Below, piece after piece: positions 38,394-46,382 of a stretch of DNA of 62,160 nucleotides (the stretch's first letter is position 1; each line of letters starts with the position of its first letter). The stretch is taken from assembly GCA_050013795.1 (NCBI GenBank), contig JBEKEO010000007.1:1-62160 (forward strand), given 5' to 3'. The notes under the pieces are model-generated. The model ran no database searches, had not been told where the DNA came from, and worked only from the letters and a program-made list of their open reading frames with translations. This DNA is from Bacteroidales bacterium. GTDB lineage: Bacteria; Bacteroidota; Bacteroidia; Bacteroidales; CG2-30-32-10. The translations under genes were made by a program, and so were the position numbers.

Positions 38394-38747
38394 TTAAACT
38401 GTTGCTTTTTCAGCTTTAGGTTTTTCGGTTCTTTTCTTTGCATTGTAAGCAATTGAATGCTTGTCGAGTTTCACCGTCATAAAGCGAAGAATTCTTTCAT
38501 CGCGCTTGTAAGCGACTTCAAAGTCCTTTATGATTTCACCTTCTGCTTTAAATTCAATCAGGTAATAAAAGCCTGTCGATTTCTTTTGAATTGGATAAGC
38601 CAATTTCCTTAGTCCCCAGTTATTCTCATAAACAATCTCTGCACCTTTGTCAGTCAACAGCTTATGGAATTTGCTTACCGCTTCCTTCATCTGATCATCA
38701 GATAAAACGGGAGTCATTATGAAAACGGTTTCGTACTGATTTACCAT
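38394..38747 (-). CDS. rpsF: 30S ribosomal protein S6
   Basis: 117 aa. YETVFI..P pattern, WG.RKLAYPI. First gene of the rpsF-rpsR-rplI operon. Confidence 0.93.
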   Translation of the reverse strand: MVNQYETVFIMTPVLSDDQMKEAVSKFHKLLTDKGAEIVYENNWGLRKLAYPIQKKSTGFYYLIEFKAEGEIIKDFEVAYKRDERILRFMTVKLDKHSIAYNAKKRTEKPKAEKATV

Positions 38748-38867
38748 TGTTTGTTAGTTTTTAATAAGTTAATTAATAATTGATTTTAAACGGACGGCAA
38801 AAGTATAAAAAATAATTCATAAAACAATAGCTGATAATGAAATATTTATGAATCCCTATAAGGGTGT

Positions 38868-39317
38868 TCATTTCCGTGTCCATTTTTCCAGCAGAAATAC
38901 AGCCAGTATTACCAAAGGAACAGCAAACATGGAATAGGCAAGCATGGCCCATACTGATAACTGCAGTATCTCCACTATGTCATTTCCCTTGAGAGAAAAC
39001 TTCGACATGACCAGTATCACAAGCAGCAACATTAGCCAGTAAAATACCAGTCCAAGCATTATCATCCAGAAAATGCGTTTACGTTTCAGCATGCCGGCAA
39101 GAAAGCCAAGGAAAAAGCCTAGCGGAATGCTTGTTGCACAAAGAATGACGAGTAAATGCAGGTTGTCCAGTAAAACATCTTTAAGCGGGAAACCGCTGGT
39201 GGTAAAAGACCCGATAATTGGAAAAAAAGAAATAAATGTAACGAAAACAAACGATGCCGCCATGAGCATCAAAACTCCTTTGAAAGAGTTAACAATAAAC
39301 GTGTTAAAATTCTTCAT
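38868..39317 (-). CDS. Hypothetical integral membrane protein (4 predicted TM helices)
   Basis: 149 aa, strongly hydrophobic segments. No recognisable family. Confidence 0.4.
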   Translation of the reverse strand: MKNFNTFIVNSFKGVLMLMAASFVFVTFISFFPIIGSFTTSGFPLKDVLLDNLHLLVILCATSIPLGFFLGFLAGMLKRKRIFWMIMLGLVFYWLMLLLVILVMSKFSLKGNDIVEILQLSVWAMLAYSMFAVPLVILAVFLLEKWTRK

Positions 39318-39333
39318 TTATCCTATACCTATG

Positions 39334-39966
39334 TCAGGCAGCGCTGGCAAGCATAAAAGCATGTACGCCGTAAATGATACCGATAACGCCAAGCACAATC
39401 ATTATAAGAAGGAAGGTCTTTTTCAGGCCATCCTGTTTTATAACCAATGATATAGCACCAATTACCATGCAAACCTGCATGAACAATAGAGCAAGTTCAA
39501 AAGTATCGCAGGCGCCAGCTAACTTCTCTGATTTTTCCTGCCATTCATCAGCGCCGATAATTACTCCCATTTTGCCGTCTTTATCCTGCACCCAATTTTC
39601 TTTTCCTACAGCATCGGAACCTTTGAGGATTTCATTCTTTTCCTTGTCGTAACGTTTAACTTTTGCATCAAGACTGCCGACATATTTGTTAATTGAATTC
39701 TTTTTATTTGAATCAATTAAACCTCCTTTTATAAAAGTCTTTATCAGATCGCTATGAGATTCAGTAAGTGTTTGCTTGATTGACTTTGACTGGTACCACT
39801 GATAAGCTTCAGTTTTTTGATTGTTAGCTATCAGTTGTTCTTTTCCGAATTTTCCCGAACCGAGTTCAAATATTGCAAGCAAAGCTGCAAATACTGCAAG
39901 TATAAGCCCTGTAATAAGCTCAAGGCGATTTTCGCTTTTAATGTGTATGGACGATTCTGGTGTCAT
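39334..39966 (-). CDS. DUF4337-like membrane protein
   Basis: 210 aa. An N-terminal TM helix, a long polar coiled region (KTEAYQWYQSKSIKQ) and two C-terminal TM helices, as in DUF4337. Confidence 0.5.
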   Translation of the reverse strand: MTPESSIHIKSENRLELITGLILAVFAALLAIFELGSGKFGKEQLIANNQKTEAYQWYQSKSIKQTLTESHSDLIKTFIKGGLIDSNKKNSINKYVGSLDAKVKRYDKEKNEILKGSDAVGKENWVQDKDGKMGVIIGADEWQEKSEKLAGACDTFELALLFMQVCMVIGAISLVIKQDGLKKTFLLIMIVLGVIGIIYGVHAFMLASAA

Positions 39967-40146
39967 ATGTTTAATATTTTAATGCAAAATTAAAAAAACG
40001 TTGAAAAAAATATTACTTTTTCAAAAATACTGTTTTATTCAGATATTTTAGTAAAGATAAATTCAATTTATTGTAAGTCACTTAATGACATTCCCCTTTC
40101 TCTTTCTAAAAATTATTCTATATTTGTCATCTTTCTAACATAAAAA

Positions 40147-41910
40147 ATGGAAAATTTTATTGTTTCGGCAAGAAAGTACAGACCTGTTACATTTGATACG
40201 GTTGTAGGGCAAAATGCTATTACTTCTACCCTTAAAAATGCCATCCGCAACCATCATCTGGCACAGGCTTTTCTTTTTTGCGGCCCTCGAGGCGTTGGCA
40301 AAACCACTTGCGCCCGCATACTTGCAAAGACCATCAACTGCGAAAACCTGTCACCTAACATGGAGGCATGCAACACCTGCAAGCCCTGCCAGTCGTTCAA
40401 TACATCCAATTCATTCAATGTGTTCGAACTGGATGCCGCTTCAAATAACTCTGTTGACGATATCCGCAACCTTGTTGACCAGGTGAGGATCCCCCCACAG
40501 GTGGGCGAATACAAGATATACATCATCGATGAAGTTCACATGCTGTCGGCCTCTGCTTTCAATGCTTTCCTGAAAACACTGGAAGAACCGCCCGCCTATG
40601 CTAAATTCATTCTTGCCACTACCGAGAAACACAAAATAATCCCTACCATACTTTCTCGCTGCCAGATATTCGATTTTAACCGTATTACTATTGATGATAT
40701 TGCAAAACATCTTGCTTTTGTTGCCGAAAGCGAACATGTCATTGCCGAACCCGATGCCCTGCACATTATTGCGCAGAAAGCCGACGGCGCTTTACGCGAT
40801 GCTTTATCTATCTTCGACCAGATAGTGAGCTTTGCTGGTGATGATGGCATTACTTATAAAGCCGTTATAGAAAACTTAAACGTGCTGGATTACGATTATT
40901 TCTTCAATATTACTGATAATCTGCTTGCCGGTAATATACCGGAAACACTACTGTTACTGAACGAAATACTGGAGCATGGTTTTGACGGGCATCATTTTAT
41001 TAACGGACTTGGAGAGCACTTCAGGAATTTACTGGTTTGCACAGATCCTTCCATGCTGAAATTGCTTGAAGTGGGCGAAAACATACGCGATAAATACGGT
41101 AACCAATCAAAAAGTTGCCCACCCGATTTTTTGCTTTATGCCCTTGACATTGTTGCCAAATGTGATGTGAATTATAAATCCGCTAACAACAAACGACTGC
41201 TGATAGAGCTTTCGCTTATGCAGATGTGTTCGATTACTTCGCCCAATAACCCTTTTAAAGAAGTTACGAAAGCGGAAGCGATAAAACCCGTTGCTAAAAT
41301 TACCATCACACCTGCAAAAACCATATTACAGCAACCCGTTAAAAAGAATGAAGAGAAAAAAAATGAAATTAAAAAGGAAGAGCCCCCTACCAATATTGTT
41401 GCCGAACCACAATTAAAACCTACTGCAAAAAAGATTATTACCGGCACTACTTCCATTCTTGAATTTGCCGAAACTGAAAAGAAAAAGTCCGGTACCGAAA
41501 ACATTAAAGCGGAAGAAGCTGAAACAGCTTATGAAAAGCCTTCCGAAATATTTACCAAAGAACAGTTTGAAGATGCATGGATGGCTTTAGCCAAGACTTT
41601 TAAGCAGCAGAGCCCCGATTTCTATATTACGCTTACCACACGCATGCCCGAGGTGAAAGAAGATTTTACCATTGAACTTACCATTGATAATGTTGTACAG
41701 GAAAAAGAACTTATTGACCGTAAACTCGATATTTTGACTTTTCTGCGTAACAAACTTAATAATTCCAAACTGCAATTACTGTTTACGCTTAACAAGAACC
41801 CGGAAAACATTAAGCCTTTCACACCTCAGGAAAAGTTTAAGAAAATGGCTGAGAAAAACCCTGCCATTAAAAAGTTGAAAGATAAATTCGATTTGGAAAT
41901 TGATTTTTGA
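40147..41910 (+). CDS. dnaX: DNA polymerase III subunit gamma/tau
   Basis: 587 aa. GPRGVGKTT Walker A, zinc module CENLSPNMEACNTCKPCQSF, SRCQIFDF sensor motif. Confidence 0.93.
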   Translation: MENFIVSARKYRPVTFDTVVGQNAITSTLKNAIRNHHLAQAFLFCGPRGVGKTTCARILAKTINCENLSPNMEACNTCKPCQSFNTSNSFNVFELDAASNNSVDDIRNLVDQVRIPPQVGEYKIYIIDEVHMLSASAFNAFLKTLEEPPAYAKFILATTEKHKIIPTILSRCQIFDFNRITIDDIAKHLAFVAESEHVIAEPDALHIIAQKADGALRDALSIFDQIVSFAGDDGITYKAVIENLNVLDYDYFFNITDNLLAGNIPETLLLLNEILEHGFDGHHFINGLGEHFRNLLVCTDPSMLKLLEVGENIRDKYGNQSKSCPPDFLLYALDIVAKCDVNYKSANNKRLLIELSLMQMCSITSPNNPFKEVTKAEAIKPVAKITITPAKTILQQPVKKNEEKKNEIKKEEPPTNIVAEPQLKPTAKKIITGTTSILEFAETEKKKSGTENIKAEEAETAYEKPSEIFTKEQFEDAWMALAKTFKQQSPDFYITLTTRMPEVKEDFTIELTIDNVVQEKELIDRKLDILTFLRNKLNNSKLQLLFTLNKNPENIKPFTPQEKFKKMAEKNPAIKKLKDKFDLEIDF

Positions 41911-42115
41911 ATAAAGAGTTATTATTTAATTATTCTTAATTTCTTTTTCGATTATCCAAAGTTCAATATTTGAAGTTTCCCGGTAAATAAAATTCAAAAG
42001 GATCCAATCTTAACATAAGAAAATTAACGTTAATCTTATGTTAAAAAAGTAAAATTTTTATTCTTATGTGTAATAATTTCTGTAATTTAGTGTTTCTTTT
42101 CAGATTTATGCTTTC

Positions 42116-44716
42116 ATGAAAAAGAGTTTTTTCATATTTCTTTTTAATATTTTTTTAATTTCTGCTGCATTTGCCACACATATGCGCGCAGGATACATCA
42201 CATATGAATGGGTTTCCGGGCTCACTTATAAGTTCACTGTTGTAACATATACTAATACCCTAAGTCCTGCCGACAGACCAAGCTACACAATTGATTGGGG
42301 TGATGGCACAACTTCTGTAATTAACAGGTATTATAAAGGACCAATTGGACCAGCATCAGACGAAGTCAGTATAAATTTATATGATACTACCGCGCATACC
42401 TTTCCAGGTCCATATACTTATGTTATTTCATTAACAGACCCGAACAGAAACGCCGGTATAATAAATATCCCTAATTCTGTTAACGTTCCTTTTTATGTAC
42501 AAACAGTTCTTGTTATAAATCCTTTTCTTGGTCCCAGTAATTCTCCTCAAATCCTTAATCCTCCTATCGAAAATGGTTGCCTGTATGAACCTTTTATATA
42601 TAACCCCGGCGCTTACAATACTAATGGCGACAGTTTATCTTATTCTATGATTGAATGCAAAACTACTGGCGGACTCGATATTGCCGGATATTCTTACCCT
42701 GCTTACAGCCATTCTTTTGGAATAAATGCCGTTACTGGAGATCTTGTTTGGAATAGCCCGGAATTACAGGGTGAATATAATGTTGCTATTCTTATCAAGG
42801 AATGGCGTTACGGGCAATTGATCTGTCAATTTACTATTGACATGCAGATTACAATAATCGCCTGTAATGACCATCCGCCCGTTATTGATCCAATCAGAGA
42901 TACCTGTGTGCTTGAAGGCACTTTATTAAAATTTGATGTCCATGCACATTGCGATATTGGAGAAACAGTTACACTTTCTGCCTCAGGAGAGCCAATGATT
43001 GTTTCCATAGACCCCGCTGTCTTTAATACTGTATCACATCTTGATACTGTATCTTCTCTTTTCAGCTGGCAAACTATCTGCAATGATGTGAGGAAACAAC
43101 CCTATGAAATGACTTTTATTGCTACTGATGATGCAAGCCCAGTCAATCTTACGGCTATACAATCAATGATGATTACCGTTGTTGCACCCGCACCCCCTAA
43201 TCTTGTTGCTACTCCTATGGGCAATAATATTAATCTTGTTTGGGATGAAAGCCCTTGTACTAATGCTATTGGTTATCAAATTTACCGCAGAAACGGTTTC
43301 TATGGATATATTCACGGTCCGTGCCAAACAGGGGTTCCCGCTTATACCGGTTATGTTCAGATAGCTACTGTTTCAGGCGTTAATGATACAACTTTTACCG
43401 ATAACAACGATGGGAACGGCTTAATTCACGGCATTGATTATTGTTATATGGTGGTTGCTTATTTTAGCGACGGAGCTGAAAGTTATGCCTCTAACGAAGC
43501 ATGCACTACACTTATCAAGGATGTCCCTATCATTACCAATGTGAGCGTTATTAATACCGATGCTTTAAACGGCTCCATTTACGTTGCATGGTCCAAGCCA
43601 AGCGCCCTGGATACTACTGTTACCACAGGGCCGTATAAATATCTTATCTATCATTCAAACGATTTCACAGGAAGCCATCTTACTCTGATAGATTCATTGA
43701 GCGAACTTAATGATACCACCTTCATTGATTCGCCTATAAATACAGTTGCAACTCCATGGTCCTACCGTATTGACCTATGGAATGAAACACCCGGTAACAG
43801 GTTCCTGATCGGAACTACCCAGAAAGCTTCTTCTGTCTTTCTTACTTTCTCCAACCCTGCCAATAACGAGTTGCAGCTTAATTTTACCCCCAACGTCCCC
43901 TGGGTGAATGACACTTTTGTGGTGTACAGGAAAAATAATATTACACTTAATTTTGACTCCATCGGATATTCCCTTACAACGAAATATATAGATGCCGGAC
44001 TGAAAGACAGCGCCACTTATTGCTATAAAGTAAAAAGCATCGGCAGTTATTTTGCGCCAGGGCTTATTAATCCTATTATCAACTTTTCACAGATAAATTG
44101 CGGGATTGCATTAGATAACATTCCACCCTGCCCGCCTAATTTATTGAGTGTGGTGCCCGACTGTGATAATATTACAAATACGCTGACATGGAACGACCCC
44201 AATCATACCTGCGCCAATGATGTTGTTGCATATCACATTTATTATACGCCTGTTGAGAACGGTGATTATACATTAATTGCGACAATCAATAATGCGATGG
44301 ATACTACCTATATCCATCAGGGCATGAACAGCATTGCAGGTTGTTACGTTGTTACAGCGCTGGATTCATTCCATAATGAAAGCACATACAGCAATGCTAT
44401 TTGTGTTGATATTAACGGATGTAATTTATATCATCTTCCTAATGTTTTCACTCCCAATGGTGATAGCTGGAATTCTGTTTTTTCACCTTTTCTTCCTTAC
44501 GATTTTGTGCAGAAAGTAAATATGACAATATTCAACCGTTGGGGAAAAATAGTGTTTACAACCGAAGACCCGAATATTAACTGGGATGGAAAGGATAAAT
44601 ATACTCACATGGATTGCAGCGACGGTGTTTACTTCTACGTTTGCGATGTTTATGAATACCGCCTTGCCGGCATCAGGAAAAGGACACTTACGGGATGTGT
44701 CCAGTTGCTTAGATAA
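42116..44716 (+). CDS. Large secreted surface protein with a T9SS type-B (gliding-motility-associated) C-terminal sorting domain
   Basis: 866 aa. Signal peptide, Ig/FN3-like repeats, and C-terminal LPNVFTPNGDSWN...MTIFNRWGKIVF...WDGKD...DGVYFYV...GCVQLLR. Confidence 0.8.
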   Translation: MKKSFFIFLFNIFLISAAFATHMRAGYITYEWVSGLTYKFTVVTYTNTLSPADRPSYTIDWGDGTTSVINRYYKGPIGPASDEVSINLYDTTAHTFPGPYTYVISLTDPNRNAGIINIPNSVNVPFYVQTVLVINPFLGPSNSPQILNPPIENGCLYEPFIYNPGAYNTNGDSLSYSMIECKTTGGLDIAGYSYPAYSHSFGINAVTGDLVWNSPELQGEYNVAILIKEWRYGQLICQFTIDMQITIIACNDHPPVIDPIRDTCVLEGTLLKFDVHAHCDIGETVTLSASGEPMIVSIDPAVFNTVSHLDTVSSLFSWQTICNDVRKQPYEMTFIATDDASPVNLTAIQSMMITVVAPAPPNLVATPMGNNINLVWDESPCTNAIGYQIYRRNGFYGYIHGPCQTGVPAYTGYVQIATVSGVNDTTFTDNNDGNGLIHGIDYCYMVVAYFSDGAESYASNEACTTLIKDVPIITNVSVINTDALNGSIYVAWSKPSALDTTVTTGPYKYLIYHSNDFTGSHLTLIDSLSELNDTTFIDSPINTVATPWSYRIDLWNETPGNRFLIGTTQKASSVFLTFSNPANNELQLNFTPNVPWVNDTFVVYRKNNITLNFDSIGYSLTTKYIDAGLKDSATYCYKVKSIGSYFAPGLINPIINFSQINCGIALDNIPPCPPNLLSVVPDCDNITNTLTWNDPNHTCANDVVAYHIYYTPVENGDYTLIATINNAMDTTYIHQGMNSIAGCYVVTALDSFHNESTYSNAICVDINGCNLYHLPNVFTPNGDSWNSVFSPFLPYDFVQKVNMTIFNRWGKIVFTTEDPNINWDGKDKYTHMDCSDGVYFYVCDVYEYRLAGIRKRTLTGCVQLLR

Positions 44717-44737
44717 TATCTAACCTATAATAAAAAA

Positions 44738-45346
44738 ATGTTCACAGGAATAATTGAAGCAACCGGACGGGTTGTGAAGGTTGAAAAAGAAAAAGGGAAT
44801 ATTCATTTCACTATTGAAGCCCCTTTCGGCAAAGAGTTAAAGATCGACCAGAGCATGTGCCACGATGGCGTTTGCCTTACAGTTGTTAAAGTATTTCCAA
44901 AGAAGAACCAGTATGTAGTTACTGCCGTGGATGAAACGCTGAAGAAGACTAATCTCGGCACATGGAAACCCGGCTATGAAGTGAACCTGGAAAGGTCGAT
45001 GAAGATGGAAGGCAGAATTGACGGGCATATCGTTCAGGGCCATATTGACCAGACCGCCACCTGCATTGGCGTTAAAGAAACCGATGGCAGTTGGGCTTAT
45101 ACTTTTAAATACAACCCTAAAGTTGGTAATATTACTGTTGCCAAAGGCTCCATATCTGTAAATGGAGTAAGCCTTACTGTGGTAGATTCCGGCAAGGATA
45201 CTTTTTCGGTAGCTATTATTCCTTATACTCAGGAAGTAACTAACTTCCACAACTTCAAAAAGAACACAGTAGTGAATATTGAATTTGATATCATTGGCAA
45301 GTATGTTGCCAAGCTGCTCGAACTTTATGGTATAAAGAAGAAATAG
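44738..45346 (+). CDS. ribE: Riboflavin synthase (alpha chain)
   Basis: 202 aa. MFTGIIE start and duplicated lumazine-binding barrels (DGVCLTV / NGVSLTV). Confidence 0.93.
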   Translation: MFTGIIEATGRVVKVEKEKGNIHFTIEAPFGKELKIDQSMCHDGVCLTVVKVFPKKNQYVVTAVDETLKKTNLGTWKPGYEVNLERSMKMEGRIDGHIVQGHIDQTATCIGVKETDGSWAYTFKYNPKVGNITVAKGSISVNGVSLTVVDSGKDTFSVAIIPYTQEVTNFHNFKKNTVVNIEFDIIGKYVAKLLELYGIKKK

Positions 45347-45519
45347 TTTTTTAACAAGCCTTTAATTCTTAGTTTTATCCATTCCGTTTCTGCTTTCTTT
45401 ATTACATCTTTTAATTTAATAACTCCCGCATTTCCCGCCGCAATAATAGCATACCGTTTACCGGGAACGCTACTTAATTTAATAATCTCACTTGCATGCT
45501 AATTAACGAAACAAGCAAG

Positions 45520-45916
45520 CGGACAGGCATATTATCAGAATGAAACAGGCAACGTTCAGAGTGGAGGCGCATACCGCTGGTTTACAGGCAAATAACCACA
45601 GTTTACAATCTCTTACCCACGTGTTATAGGTGCGTACCTATAGGTTACAGGTGCATACCTGCGCGTTACAGGTGCATACCCACGCATTACAGGTGCACAC
45701 CCACGAGTTACAGGTGCACACCTACAGGTTACAGGTGCACACCTACAGGTTACAGGTGCACACCCAGAAGTTACAGGTGCACACCCACAGCTTGCAGGTA
45801 TGCACCCACAGGGCAAAGTTGCACACTTATTGCTTAAAAGTCCAAAAACGCGGCTTACAGGTGCACACCCAGGAGTTACAGGTGCGCACCCACAGGTTAT
45901 AGGTGCACACCCACAG
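45520..45916 (+). repeat. 21-bp minisatellite, consensus GTTACAGGTGCACACCCACAG
   Basis: 14 units in exact 21-nt register from 45623 to 45916; units 45812-45853 are heavily decayed. Degenerate ACAGG-containing copies with 21-22 nt spacing extend left to ~45520. Confidence 0.9.
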
Positions 45917-46036
45917 ACCGAAAATCAACTATTTCGGAAAGGAATTAAACAGTTATGGTTGTATACCAGCAGGCAGGCATTCGAATAAACGAACATTTGA
46001 ACCAGGAAATAACAACTCTAAACTTTAGGTACTTAT

Positions 46037-46201
46037 TTAGTATTTGCTATTTATAGGCACTATCAGCTTAAAGCCGATATTTCTTCCCATATTGTAAATG
46101 CCGCTACCGGGACCCGAAACACTAACAGGACTGCCTTCTTGGTTAACATAAAAATCCATGTATTTCAGCCTGCTCATGTTCGACTGATAAGCCACATTGG
46201 C
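46037..46201 (-). pseudogene. 3'-terminal stump (last ~55 codons plus stop) of a second TonB-dependent receptor gene
   Basis: Translates in frame to ANVAYQSNMSRLKYMDFYVNQEGSPVSVSGPGSGIYNMGRNIGFKLIVPINSKY*. This is near-identical to the C-terminus of the intact receptor at 48604-48768. There is no start codon, and an upstream in-frame stop lies at 46274-46276. Confidence 0.85.
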
Positions 46202-46382
46202 CAACAGTTGCCTGAAAGCTACATCAAATCTTGCAACTGATGCAGGAAATGATGATGTTTTTTTTCTTTCCGGTTATAATATAAATTAATTATATCTTTG
46301 TCTTAATTAAATAAAGTCTAAGTTCAAAATCATTAAAAACAATACGAAAACAAATTAGTGTTTTATTAAAAAACAAATTGCT

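Noticed and set aside
39967-40146. Looked for an SRP RNA (ffs) upstream of dnaX, as found in some Firmicutes.
   Set aside because: The region is extremely AT-rich. It has no GC-rich helices and no conserved SRP domain IV motif.
42010-42044. 10-bp-stem hairpin TTAACATAAG...CTTATGTTAA after dnaX, considered as a possible terminator.
   Set aside because: It has a 15-nt loop, an AT-only stem and an A run rather than a T run on the dnaX strand. That is not convincing for an intrinsic terminator.
45520-45916. Possibility that the repeat array is a CRISPR array.
   Set aside because: The units are contiguous, so there are no spacers. The unit is shorter than typical CRISPR repeats, and no cas genes or leader are nearby.
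45613-45988. Three ORFs (67, 90 and 62 aa) with heptad repeats such as LQVHTHx, CAPVTxx and VTGAHPQ running through the 21-bp array on both strands.
   Set aside because: 21 nt equals 7 codons, and the repeat unit lacks stop codons in five of six frames. Long open frames are therefore an automatic by-product. There is no plausible start context or signal peptide, and the frames overlap one another.
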